Assembly: GCF_963921235.1 (NCBI RefSeq)
Contig: NC_086108.1
Span: 27,096,001-27,160,000 of the forward strand
DNA: 64,000 nt
Direction: 5' to 3'
DNA from: Mobula hypostoma
Taxonomy: Eukaryota
The notes under the pieces: model-generated
What the model was told of the DNA's origin: nothing
The model's input: the letters and a program-made list of their open reading frames with translations, nothing else
Databases searched by the model: none
Position numbers and translations under genes: made by a program
Shown: positions 24,940 to 37,937 of the stretch, in pieces
Layout of the letters: every line of letters starts with the position of its first letter
How positions within the stretch are numbered: the stretch's first letter is position 1

Positions 24940-27401
24940 AGCAGATCAAGTATCATCCAATTGTCAGAGAATTCAGTTTAATTCAAAGTATTATAAAAAT
25001 TGATGCCTTAATGGTTAATTAAAGTATAGCTGACCATAGAGTAAAAAAACTCAGAGGTAATGGAGCGAGTCAAGAACGCGACTTCACTCCATGAGCGCTA
25101 CCGGAAGTCCCTCTCCCGTCTTCAACCCTCCTCTTCTTCATGGACACCCCGCTCTGGTCTTCTGCCTGCTCTGGATCTCTTTATTGCCAACTGCCGACGG
25201 GACATCAACCGTCTCGACTTCACCGCACCTTGTCCCCATTCCAACCTCACTCCTTCGGAACGCTCTGCTCTCCACTCCCTCCGCACTAATCCTAACATTA
25301 TTATTAAACCCGCTGATAAAGGGGGTGCTGTTGTAGTCTGGCGTACTGACCTCTACCTTGCCGAGGCACAGCGACAACTCGCGGATACCTCCTCTTATTT
25401 ACCCCTCGATCGTGACCCCACTAAGGAGCACCAGGCCATTGTCTCCCACACTGTCAACGACTTTATCCGCTCAGGGCATCTCCCATCCACTGCTACCAAC
25501 CTTATAGTTCCCACACCCCGCACTTCCCGTTTCTACCTCCTACCCAAGATCCACAAACCTGCCTGTCCTGGCCGACCTATTGTCTCAGCTTGCTCCTGCC
25601 CCACCGAACTCGTTTCTGCATACCTCGACACTGTTTTATCACCCCTTGTTCAATCCCTTCCGACCTATATTCGTGACACTTCTCACGCTCTTAAACTTTT
25701 CGATGATTTTAAGTTCCCTGGCCCCCACCGCTTTATTTTCACCATGGATGTCCAGTCCTTATATAACTTCCATCCCCCATCAGGAAGGTCTCAAAGCTCT
25801 ACGTTTCTTTTTGGATTCCAGACCTAATCAGTTCCCCTCTACCACCACTCTGCTCTGTCGAGCGGAATTAGTCCTTACTCTTAATAATTTCTCCTTTTGC
25901 TCCTCCCATTTCCTCCAAACTAAAGGTGTAGCTATGGGCACCCGCATGGGTCCTAGCTATGCCTGCCTTTTTGTTGGGTTTGTGGAACAATCTATGTTCC
26001 GTGCCTATTCTGGTATCTGTCCCCCACTTTTCCTTCGCTACATCGACGACTGCATTGGCGCTGCTTCCTGCATGCATGCAGAACTCGTTGACTTTATTAA
26101 CTTTGCCTCCAACTTTCACCCTGCCCTCAAGTTTACCTGGTCCATTTCCGACACCTCCCTCCCCTTTCTAGATCTTTCTGTCTCTGTCTCTGGAGACAGC
26201 TTATCCACTGATGTCTACTATAAGCCTACTGACTCTCACAACTATCTGGACTATTCCTCTTCTCACCCTGTCTCTTGCAAAAACGCCATCCCCTTCTCGC
26301 AATTCCTCCGTCTCCGCCGCATCTGCTCTCAGGATGAGGCTTTTCATTCTAGGACGAGGGAGATGTCTTCATTTTTTAAAGAAAGGGGCTTCCCTTCCTC
26401 CACTATCAACTCTGCTCTTAAACGCATCTCCCCCATTTCACGTACATCTGCTCTCACTCCATCCTCCCACCACCCCACTAGGAATAGGGTTCCCCTGGTC
26501 CTCTCCTACCACCCCACCAGCCTCCGGGTCCAACATATCATTCTCCGTAAATTCCGCCACCTCCAACGGGATCCCACCACTAAGCACATCTTTTCCTCCC
26601 CCCCCCCCTGCATTCCGCAGGGATCGCTCCCTACACAACTCCCTTGTCCATTCATTGCCCCCATCCCTCCCCACTGATCTCCCTCCTGGCACTTATCCGT
26701 GTAAGCGGAACAAGTGCTACACATGCCCTTACACTTCCTCCCTTACCACCATTCAGGGCCCCAAACAGTCCTTCCAGGTGAGGCATCACTTCACCTGTGA
26801 GTCGACTGGGGTGATATACTGAGTCCGGTGCTCCCGATGTGGCCTTTTATATATTGGTGAGACCCGACGCAGACTGGGAGACCGCTTTGCTGAACATCTA
26901 CGCTCTGTCCGCCAGAGAAAGCAGGATCTCCCAGTGGCCACACATTTTAATTCCACATCCCATTCCCATTCTGACATGTCTATCCACGGCCTCCTCTACT
27001 GTAAAGATGAAGCCACACACAGGTTGGAGGAACAACACCTTATATTCCGTCTGGGTAGCCTCCAACCTGATGGCATGAACATTGACTTCTCTAACTTCCG
27101 CTAGGCCCCACCTCCCCCTCGTACCCCATCTGTTACTCATTTTTATGCACACATTCTTTCTCTCACTCTCCTTTTTCTCCCTCTGTCCCTCTGAATATAC
27201 CTCTTGCCCATCCTCTGGGTCACCCCCCCCCCACCTTGTCTTTCTTCCCGGACCTCCTGTCCCATGATCCTCTCGTATCCCCTTTTGCCTATCACCTGTC
27301 CAGCTCTCGGCTCTATCCCTCCCCCTCCTGTCTTCTCCTATCATTTTGCATTTCCCCCTCCCCCTCCAGCTTTCATATCCCTTACTCACTCTTCCTTCAG
27401 T

Positions 27402-27439
27402 TAGTCCTGACGAAGGGTCTCGGCCTGAAACGTCGACTG
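27402..27439 (+). ncRNA. Minimal type I hammerhead ribozyme motif, intact core
   Basis: AGTC (27403-06), CTGACGA (27407-13), AGG...CCT, GAAA (27427-30), C, GTC (27432-34), GACT. Confidence 0.85.
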
Positions 27440-27529
27440 CACCTCTTCCTATAGATGCTGCTTGGCCTGCTGCATTCACCAGCAACTTTGATGTGTGTTA
27501 CTTGAATTTCCAGCATCTGCAGAATTCCA

Positions 27530-29175
27530 TTAAATGTGCGTTTAAACTAACTGCCCTATAATTTGCTTTCTTCTGCGTTCGTCCCTTTTTAAAGAGTAGG
27601 GTGACACTTACAATTTTCCAGTCCTCTGGAACCATCCCAAAATCTAGTAATTCTTGGAAGATGATTACTAATGCCTTCACAGTCTCTTCAGCTACCTCTT
27701 TCAGAACCCTGGGGTGTAGTCATTTATCTACCTTCAGATCTTTCAGTTTCCCAAGCATCTTCTCCTTAATAATAGCAATGGCACTCACTTCTACCCTTGA
27801 AACCCTCAAATTTATGGCATACTGCTAGAGTTGTCCCCAGTGAAGTCTGACATAAAAATATTTATTGAGTTTGTGCACTGTTTCTTTGTCCCCCATTACT
27901 ACTTTTCCAGCGGTCCGATATCCACTCTCACCTCTATTTTACTCATTATATAACTGAAAAATCTTTTGGTATCCTCTTTTATTTTATCAACTAGCTTACC
28001 TTCAAATTTCATTTTTTCTCTCCTTTTGGCTTTTTTAGTTGTCTTCAGTTGTTTTTTAAAATTTTCCCACTTCTTTTGCTATATTGTATACCCTCTCTAT
28101 TCCTCTTATTCCATCTTTGACTTCCCTTGTCAGCCATGGTGGCCTCATCTCCGCCCCCCCGCCCCCCCTTACATAGGCTTCATCATCATTAGGATGTATC
28201 TAACCGGTCGGTGCCTTCTGAATTGCCTCAAGAAACATCAGCCATTGCTGTTCTGCTGTCATCCCTGTAAGTGTCCCGTTCCCGTCAACTTTGGACAGCT
28301 CTTTTCTTATGCCTCTGTAATACCCTTTACTCCACTGCAATACTGATACATCTGATTTTATATTCTCCCTCTCAATCTGTAGGGTGAATTTTGTCATATT
28401 GTGATCACTATCTCCTAATGTTTCCTTTAGCTTAAGCTCCCTAATCAAATCTGTTTCATTACACAACATTTAATCCAAAATTGCCTTTCCCCTATTGGAT
28501 TCAACCATACGATGATCTAAAAAGTCATTTTGTAGGCATTCTTCAAATTTCATCTTTTGGGATCCAACTTTATTTTCCATGTATTGAAATCCCCTATGAC
28601 TGTCATAACATTTCCCTTTTTACATGCCTTTTCTATCACCCATTATAATTTGTATCCCACATCCTCATTATTGTTTAGAGGCCTGCATATAACTCCCATC
28701 AGAGTCTTTTTACTCTTGCAGTTTCTTAACTCTACCCTCAAGGATTCTACACCTTCCAATCCATTGTCACCTCTTTCTAAGAAATTGATTTCATTTTTTA
28801 CTTCTGCTTTCCTGCATGTCCTTTTGATAAAATGTGTACCCTTGGATGTTAACCTCCCAATTATGGTCTTCTGTCAGCTATGTCCCAGTGATGCCATAGC
28901 GTCTTACCTGCCAATGTTTGACTGTGCTGCAAGATCACTTACTTTATTCCGTATATTGTGAGCATTTAAATATAACAGCTTCAGTCTGTATTCATCACTC
29001 TTTTTAATTTTGCCCCCAATGTTACACTTCAACTCACCCCATTGACTGCAATTTTGCCCCATCATCTGCCTGTCCTTCCTCATAGTCTCATTACACACTG
29101 ATCCTCTTGTGTATCAACTGTCCGATACTCACCCATACCACTCCAGTTCCCATCCCCTGCAAAATTAGTTTAAAT
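27530..29175 (-). mobile_element. CR1 5' ORF2 portion (endonuclease to RT start)
   Basis: LYLNAHNIRNK, LGDSDHN, PEDWKIVSVTLLFKKG, NYRAVSL motifs. Confidence 0.85.
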
Positions 29176-30030
29176 CATAGATTCCCAACCTCTTGTATGA
29201 CATTGACCTATAACATTAACTGAGGGGTCTGATGGGGAGGGTTTAAACCTGGGGGCCTAGCCATTGAGTTTCTCCAGCTTTCTGTTGTTGCTCCAGATTT
29301 TAGCTTCTGTACTCTTTAGCATCTCAGTCAAAGAAGAGGCCAGAAAATAAATAATAGGTGGCACAAATATTAGTGACTGTTTTAATTCACATTTGATGCC
29401 ACCTAGTCAACCTACAAGGTTATGTTCAGATAAGAAGTGGTAAAGATCTAAAAATGCATATGAGTCAAATGAATTGAATATAGAAAGTTAGCTATTTCTA
29501 GGCATTTATAGTTCATCTGAGAAATAGTTGTAAGCAATAAAAAAAATGTAAATCATTGCAAAACTCAGAGATGTGACCGTTAGTGCTGCTAGTATTTGAA
29601 TTGTCATTCAAGACCAAGATGAGAAGAAAGATTTTCACCCAGATGTTAGCCAAGTTTATTGATGAAGTTGAAGTGATAGATATGAACCACTATGGTATTT
29701 ATTATTAGATCCCCAATGGTAGGCATATGGGATCCAAAAGAAGCTGGTTAATTAGTTCCAAAATTAGATTTGTGATACGGAGGCAGATTGTGAAGGTGTA
29801 AGGACTTTTTTTCTCTGATTGGAAGTCTGTGACCGGTGGTGTATAGCAGGTTTTGATGCTGACACATTTGTTGTTAATTGTATATATTGATATCTAGAAT
29901 GACTTGAGTTAGTGAGTTTGCAGATGAGATGAAAAATGATGATGTGGAGAGCGAGGAAGATTGTCTAAGGTTACACCAGTATATAAACCAATGGAAAGTT
30001 GGGAGAGACATTGGTGGATGGAATTTAATC

Positions 30031-33000
30031 CCACAAATGCCAGTATTTAGTAGATGCACCTTTGGCACCAATTGCAACCTTGAGTCTATGGAGATAGGTC
30101 TCTGTCAGCTTTGCACATCTGGACACTGTAATCTTTCCCCATTCTTCTTTAAAAAACTGCACAAGCTCTATCAGATTGGATGGGGATCATGAGTGAATAG
30201 CCATTTCCAAGTCCAGCCACAAATTCTCAATTGGGTTGAAGTCTGGACACTGACTTGGCCACTCCAGGACATTAACATTTTTTTTAAGCCATTCCTGTGT
30301 AGCTTTGACTTTTGCTTGGAATCATTGTTTTGCTGGAAAACCAATCTTCTCCCAAGTTGCAGTTCTGTCGCAGACTGCATCAGGTTCTCCTTCAGGATTT
30401 CCCTGTATTTTACTGCATTAATTTTATCCTGTATCTTCACAATCCTTCCAGGGCCTGCTGCAGTGAAGCATTCCCACAGTGTGATGTAGCCACCACCATG
30501 CTTCATGGTGTGTTTTTGATGATATGTGGTGTTTGGCTTATGCCAGACATAGCGCTTAGCCTGATGGCCAAAAAGCTCAATTTTGGTTTCATCAGACCAT
30601 AGAACCTGCTTCCAGCTGTCTTCAGAGTCTCCCATATACCTTCTGGCAAACTCTAGCTGAGATTTAATGTTAGTTTTTTTAACAGTAGCTTTCTCTTTGC
30701 CACTCTCCCATAAAGCTGCGACTGGTGAAGCACCCAGGCAACAGTTGTATGCACAGTCTCTCAGCCACTAAAGCTTGAAACTCCTCCAGAGCTATCATAG
30801 GTTTCTTGATAACCTTGCTCACTAGTCCCCTTCTTGTACAGTCACTCAGTTTTTGAGGACGGCCTGCTCTGGACAGATATACAGCTGTGCCATATTCTTT
30901 CCATTGCTTGATGATTGACTTAACTGTACTCCAGGCGATATTTGGTAACTTGGAAATTTGCTTGTATCCATCTCCTGACTTGTGCTTTTCAATAATCTTT
31001 TCACAGAGTTGCTTGGAGTGTTAGTTTGTCTTCATGGTGTAGTTTTTTCCAAGATACTGACTCACCAGCAGTTGGACCTTCCAGATACAGGTGTCTTTTT
31101 ACCACAATCAATTGAAACACCTTGACTGTACACAGGTCTCCAAATCAGATCTCCATTTAACTAAGTATGTAACTTCTGAAACCAAATGGCTGTGCCAGTG
31201 ATGATTTGGTGTGTCATATTCAGGGGAGTGGGGAGTGCATACTTATGAAATCAATTATTTTGTATTTTATAATTTTAATTAATTTAGATCACTTTGTAAA
31301 GATCTGTTTTCACTTTGACATAGAAACATAGAAACATAGAAAATAGGTGCAGGAGTAGGCCATTCGGCCCTTTGAGCCTGCACCACCATTTATTATGATC
31401 ATGGCTGATCATCCAACTCAGAACCCTGCCCCAGCCTTCCCTCCATACCCCCTGATCCCCGTAGCCACAAGGGCCATATCTAACTTCCTCTTAAATATAG
31501 CCAAGGAACTGGCCTCAACTGTTTCCTGTGGCAGAGAATTCCACAGATTCACCACTCTCTGTGTGAAGAAGTTTTTCCTAATCTCGGTCCTAAAAGGCTT
31601 CCCCTTTATCATCAAACTGTGACCCCTCATTCTGGACTTCCCCAACATCGGGAACAATCTTCCTGTATCTAGCCTCTCCAATCCCTTTAGGATTTTATAC
31701 ATTTCAATCAGATCCCCCCTCAATCTTCTAAATTCCAACGAGTACAAGCCCAGTTCATCCAGTCTTTCTTCATATGAAAGTCCTGCCATCCCAGGAATCA
31801 ATCTGGTGAACCTTCTTTGTACTCCCTCTATGGCAAGGATGACTTTCCTCAGATTAGGGGACCAAAACTGCACACAATACTCCAGGTGTGGTCTCACCAA
31901 GGCCTTGTACAACTGCAGTAGTACCTCCCTGCTCCTGTACTCAAATTCTCTTGCTATAAAATGCCAGCATACCATTCGCCTTTTTCACCGCCTGCTGTAC
32001 CTACATGCCCACTTTCAATGACTGGTGTATAATGACACCCAGGTCTCGTTGCACCTCCCCTTTTCCTAATCAGCCACCATTCAGATAATAGTCTGTTTTC
32101 CTATTTTTGCCACCAAAGTGGATAATTTCACACTTATCCACATTAAATTGCATCTGCCATAAATTTGCCCACTCACCCAACCTATCCAAGTCACTCTGCA
32201 TCCTCTTAGCATCCTCCTCTCAGCTAACACTGCCACCCAGCTTCGTGTCATCCGCAAACTTGGAGATGCTGCATTTAATTCCCTCATCCAAGTCATTAAT
32301 ATATATTGTAAACAACTGGGGTCCCAGCACTGAGCCTTGCGGTACCCCACTAGTCACCGCCTGCCATTCTGAAAAGGTCCCGTTTATTCCCACTCTTTGC
32401 TTCCTGTCTGCTAACCAATTCTCTATCCACATCAATACCTTACCCCCAATACCGTGTGCTTTAAGTTTGCACACTAATCTCCTGTGTGGGACCTTGTCAA
32501 AAGCCTTTTGAAAATCCAAATATACCACATCCACTGGTTCTCTCCTATCCACTCTACTAGTTACATCCTCAAAAAATTCTATGAGATTCATCAGACATGA
32601 TTTTCCTTTCACAAATCCATGCTGGCTTTGTCCGATGATTTCACCGCTTTCCAAATGTGCTGTTATCACATCTTTGATAACTGACTCCAGCAGTTTCCCC
32701 AGCACCGACGTTAGGCTAACCGGTCTATAATTCCCTGGTTTGTCTCTCCCTCCTTTTTTAAAAAGTGGGGTTACATTAGCCACCCTCCAATCCTCAGAAA
32801 CTAGTCCAGAATCTAATGAGTTTTGAAAAATTATCACTAATGCATCCATTATTTCTTGGGCTACTTCCTTAAGCACTCTGAGATGCAGACCATCTGGCCC
32901 TGGGGATTTATCTGCCTTCAATCCCTTCAATTTACCTAACACCACTTCCTTACTAACATGTATTTCGCTCAGTTCCTCCATCTCACTGGCCCCTCTGTCC

Positions 33001-33288
33001 CCTACTATTTCTGGAAGATTATTTATGTCCTCCTTAGTGAAGACAGAACCAAAGTAATTATTTAATTGGTCTGCCATGTCCTTGCTCCCCATAATCAATT
33101 CACCTGTTTCTGTCTGTAGGGGACCTACATTTGTCTTTACCAGTCTTTTCCTTTTTACATATCTATAAACATGAAAGTCTTTATCTGTTAATCAGTGTCA
33201 AAAATGCAACATCAAATCTTCTGTGATACAATGTATTAAAAAAAAACTGGAAAACTTCCAAGGAGGGGGAATATGTTTTAGAGCACTG
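30031..33288 (-). mobile_element. Tc1-family transposon remnant (30031-31320 and 33170-33288)
   Basis: Transposase motifs WKQVLWSDETKIELFG, KHGGG, FQQNND; terminus ...GAGCACTG at 33288; inner repeat near 31223-31250 resembling the outer end (IR/DR-like). Confidence 0.85.
31321..33167 (-). mobile_element. Young 5'-truncated CR1 inserted in the Tc1 terminal repeat
   Basis: 292-aa RT ORF ([30 protein letters not shown]) plus 185-aa C-terminal ORF; (TTTCTATG)n tail at 31321-31345. Confidence 0.93.
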
Positions 33289-33799
33289 CACATGAGAGGA
33301 AGGATGTGATTGCTAGTGAGAATACAGAGAAGATTCACCAAGATATTCCCTGAAATGGAGGACTATAGCTACTGGAAAAGTCAGATAGCCTGTGTTTGTT
33401 TTCCCTGGAGTAAAGGAGGCTGCAGGAGTGACTTGATAGAGATATAATATTATAAAAGATATAGATTTGGTAGATAATATTTTTCTCATGGTGGTGTTAT
33501 AAAAACAAAAGAGCATAGTTTGTGTAAGTAAAGAGTTCTAGAATGGATTTGAGTGGATAGTTTTTTTTTGAAAACACAGACTGATCGGCATTTATGGTAC
33601 CAGAGAAGGTGATAGAATCAGTTAAAAATCTCTACAATTAAGTGATATTAAGACAGGGAATTAATCAGGCCAGGGATGGAGAGGTGTGGTCCTAATATGT
33701 GAAAATGGGATGAATGTAGATTGGCAATAAAATCAGCATGGATGTGATGAACCAAAAACCTGGTTCTGTGTTGTATGACTAAAACTTTATGAATTAGAA

Positions 33800-35950
33800 A
33801 CAGAGAAACACGGCACAATACAGGCCCTTTGGCCCACAAAGCTGTGCCGAACATGTCCTTACCTTAGAACTACCTAGGCTTACCCACAGCCCTCTATTTT
33901 TCTAAGCTCCATGTACCCATCCAGGAGTCTCTTAAAAGACCCTATTGTTTCCACCTCCACCACCACCACCAGCAGCCCATTCCACACACTCACCACTCTG
34001 TAGGTAAAAAAAAACTTACTCCTGACACCTCATCTGTACCTACTTCTAAGCACTTTAAAACTATGATCCTCGTGTTAGCCATTTCAGCCCTGGGAAAAAG
34101 CCTCTGACTAGCCACATGATCAATGTCTATCATTATCTTGTACACCTCTATCAGGTCACCTTTCATCCTCCATCACTCCAAGGAGAATAGGTTCACTCAA
34201 CCTATTCTCATAAGGCATGCTCCCCAATCCAGGCAACATCCTTGTAAATCTCTCTGCACCCTTTCTATGACTTCCATGTCCTTCATGTAGTGAGGCGACC
34301 AGAACTGAGCACAGTACTCCAAGTGGGGTCTGACCAGTGTCCTATATAGCTGCAACATTACCTCTCCGTCTTTAAACTCAATCCCATGGTTGATGAAAGC
34401 CAATGCACTGTATGCCTTCTTAACCACAGAGTCAACCTGAGTAGCAGCTTTGAGTATCCTATGGACTCGGACCCCAAGATCTCTCTGATCCTCTACACTG
34501 CCAAGAGTCTTACCATTAATGCTATATTCTGCCATCATATTTGACCTACCAAAATGAAACACCCACGGTTATCTGGTTTGAACTCCATCTGCCACTTCTC
34601 AGCCCAGTTTTGCATCCTAACAATGTCCCGCTGTAACCTCTGACATCCCTCCACATTATCCACAACATCCCCAACCTTTGTGTCATCAGCAAGTTTACTA
34701 ACTCATCATTCCACTTCCTCATCCAGGTCATTTATAAAAATCACAAAAAGTAGGCAGATCCCAGAACAGATCTCTGAGGCACATCACTGTTCACAAAGCT
34801 CCATGCAGAATATGACCCATCTACAACCACTCTTTGCCTTCTGTGGGCAAGCCAGTTCTAGATCTGCACAGCAAGGTCCCCTTGGATCCCAAGCCTCCTT
34901 ACTTTCTCAATAAGGCTTGCATGGGGTACCTTATCAAATGCCTTGCTGAAATCCATATACACTACATCTACGTCTCTACCTTCATCAATGTGTTTAGTCA
35001 CATCCTCAAAAAATTCAATCAGGCTCGTAAGGCACAACCTGCCTTTAACAAAGCCATGCTGACTATTCCTAATCATATTATGCCTCTCCAAATGTTCATA
35101 AATCCTGCCTCTCAGGAACTTCTCCACCAAATTACCAACCACTGAAGTAAGACTCACTGGTCTATAATTTCCTGGGCTATCTCTACTCCCTCTCTTGAAT
35201 AAGGGAACAACATTCACAACCCTCCGATCCTCAGAAACCTCTCCCGTCCTCATTGATGATGCAAAGATCATTGCCAGAGGCTCAGCAATCTCCTCACTTG
35301 CTTCCCACAGTAGCCTCGAGTACATCCCATCCAATCCTGGTGACTTACTCAACTTGATGCTTCCCAAAAGCTCCAGTGCATCCTCTTCCTTAATATCTAC
35401 GTGCTCAAGCTTTTCAGTCGACTGCAAGTCATCCCTACAATTGCCAAGATCCTTTTCCGTAGTGAATATTCATAAAGTATTCATTCATTAAGTGAATATT
35501 CCGTAGCAAAGTTATTCATTAATTACCTCTGATACCTTCTCCAGTTCCACACACACTTTTCTACTGTCACACTTGATTGGTCCTATTCTGTCACGTATTA
35601 TCCTCTTGATCTTCACATGTTTGTTGAATGCCTTGGGGTTTTCTTTAAACCTGTCCGCCAAAGCCTTCTCATGGCCCCATCTATCTCTCATAATTTTATT
35701 CATAAGCTCTTTCCTGCTAGCCTTATAATATTCTAGATCTCTATCATTACCTAGTTTTTTGAGTGTTTCATAAGCTCTTGTTTTCTTCTTGACTAGATTT
35801 ACAACAGCCTTTGTACATTATGGTTCCTGTACCCTATCATCCTTTCCCTGTCTCATCGGAACATACCTATGCAGAACCTCACTCAAATACCTCTGAACAT
35901 TTGCCACATTTCTTCCATACGTTTCCCTGAGGACATCCGTTTCCAATTTA
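33800..35950 (-). mobile_element. CR1 LINE, 5'-truncated pseudogene
   Basis: [40 protein letters not shown]. Confidence 0.9.
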
Positions 35951-35953
35951 TGC

Positions 35954-37228
35954 TTGAATTGAATTGACTTTATTTCTTACATTCTTCACATACATGAGCA
36001 GTAAAAATCTTTATGTTATGTCTCCATCTAAATATGCCATGTGCAATCATAGTAATTTATAATAAATAGAACAGACAATATAATATAGAGTACACTCAAA
36101 TCAGTGTGAGTTCATCAGTCCAATGGCCTGGTGGAAAAAGCTGTCCCAGAGCCTGTTGGCCTTGGCTTTTATGCTGCGGTACTGCTTCCCAGATGGTAGC
36201 AGCTGGAATGGGTTGTGGTTGGGATGACTTGGGTCCCCAATGATCCTACGGGCCCTTTTCACACACCTATCCTTGTACATATCCTGAATCATGGGAAGTT
36301 CACAACTACAGATGTGCTGGGCTGTTCGTACCACTCTCTGCAGAGTCCTGTGATTAAGGGAGGTACAGTTCCCGTACCAGGCAGTGATGCAGTCAATCAG
36401 GATGCTATCAGTTGTGCCCTTTTAGAAAGTTCTTAGGATTTGGGGGCCCATACCAAACTTCCTCAACTGTCTGAGGTGAAAGAGGTGCTGTTGTGCCTTT
36501 TACACCACACAGTTGGTGTGTACAGACCATGTGAGGTCTTCGGTGATGCGGATGCCGAGGAACTTGAAGCTGTTTACCCTCTCAACCCCAGATCCATTGA
36601 TATCAATAGGGGTTAGCCCATCTCCATTCCTCCTGTAATCCACATTGAGGGAGAGGTTGTTCTCTTGACGCCACTGTGTCAGAGGGATGACTTCTTCCCT
36701 GCAGGCCACCTCGTTATTGTTTGTAATAAGGCCAATCAATGTAGTGTCGTCAGCAAATTCACTTAGCATCTTGGAGCTGTGGGTGGCGATACAGTCATGG
36801 GTATACAGGGAGTAAAGGAGTACACAGCCCTGAGGGGCACCTGTGTTGAGAGTCAGAGGGGCGGTGGTGAGGGAGCCCACTGTTACAACCTGCTGGCAAT
36901 CTGACAGGAGGTCCAGGATCCAGCTGCACAAGGTGGAGGTCTCTGAGCTTTTTGTCGAGCCTGGATGGAACTATGTTGTTGAATGCTGAACTGTAGTCCA
37001 AGAACAACATTCTCACATAAGCATCCTTCTTCTCCAAATGTGCAAGGACAGTATATCGGGCGGAAGCCATTGCGTCATCTGTCGATCGGTTGAGTCAGTA
37101 AGCAAATTGTAGGGGGTCCAGTTTGGGTGGTACCAAGCCGAAGATGTCATCCTTGACCAGCCTCTCAAAGTACTTGCTTATTATTGAGGTGAGAGCGGCA
37201 GGATGCCAGTCGATCAGGCATGTTACAT
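35954..37228 (-). mobile_element. Rex1/Babar-clade LINE 3' part
   Basis: YVRMLFLDYSSAFN, NTGAPQGCVL, FADDT, FQLLPSGKQYRSI; (TTCAA)n tail with AATAAA. Confidence 0.85.
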
Positions 37229-37779
37229 GAAGGCGGTGAATCTTCGGAAGTATCTATCTATAAAGACTGAAGAAGATCAGCTGCTTGGTATATTCATAGC
37301 AGAAGTTTGCCGTGATCTCATTGAATGGTAGATCAGGGACAAGGGACCATATGAGCTCCTCCGGCTTCTTTCATTTTTTGCACGTTGGTCAGAAAGCCTT
37401 TGATGGCGATGGCAATGAATACAGGATAGGAAATTGGACTTAACGTTTTTCCTCAATCTGTAAATTTACACTTCCTACTTGAAATGTCTAAAATTAGTTC
37501 AGCTAGTACAAAACATTTATTAGAACATATTGTAGGGTTCAATGCTGAGATGATGGTGCAATTAGAACCATGAAGTCTAAAGGCTGCGCATGCAAAACCC
37601 ACTACTGACAAGCTGTGGCCAGAAGATTGATTAGAGTGCTGACCTTTCATAGGGGACGGCTTCCAGATAAATTTGAAGTCTGGTGGCTCTCCGAGACAGA
37701 TGTACATGAACATTTGGCACAATCTGAACCAGACCAATGGAGGATTTTCAATCTTGTGGCCAGCATCATTAAACAGAAT

Positions 37780-37937
37780 AGTTTAATTTCTGTTTAATGG
37801 ACCTGACTGCGTGCAAGTTGGCTGTCGTTCTTTCATGAATCATAACAGTGACTTGACTTCAAATGTAGTTCAGTGATTGATCTTCCATATCCCATGATTA
37901 TGAAAGTCATTCTATGAATACACATTCTTTCTTTTTC
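37780..37937 (+). mobile_element. DeuSINE-like 3' region
   Basis: 'gtgcaagttggctgtcgtt...taacagtgacttgacttcaaatgtagttca...ttctttctttt' resembles Deu-domain SINE ends; recognised from memory. Confidence 0.45.

Larger units (their letters stand above)
19190..25111 (-). mobile_element. Full-length L1-clade LINE (~5.9 kb)
   Basis: 5' GGGACTTCCGG, ORF1, ~700-bp spacer, ORF2, AATAAA and (GAAA)n tail; 12-bp TSD TCTCCCGTCTTC at 19178-19189 and 25112-25123. Confidence 0.96.
18731..27528 (+). mobile_element. Neptune-type Penelope element (18731-19189 plus 25124-27528), split by L1
   Basis: N-terminal ERSVLSKGLTF; RT motifs IIIKPADKGG, LPKIHK, GRPIVS, KGVAMGT, LRYIDD; GIY-YIG; frameshifts ~25767 and ~26600, stop ~26820. 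Confidence 0.93.
29590..33780 (+). mobile_element. Old decayed CR1 (29590-30030 and 33290-33780) hosting the Tc1
   Basis: Eroded RT and 3'UTR motifs on both sides of the Tc1. Confidence 0.5.

Noticed and set aside
25060..25827. 255-aa ORF as an independent gene
   Set aside because: Chimera: the ATG comes from the antisense L1 5'UTR and is fused to the interrupted Penelope frame.
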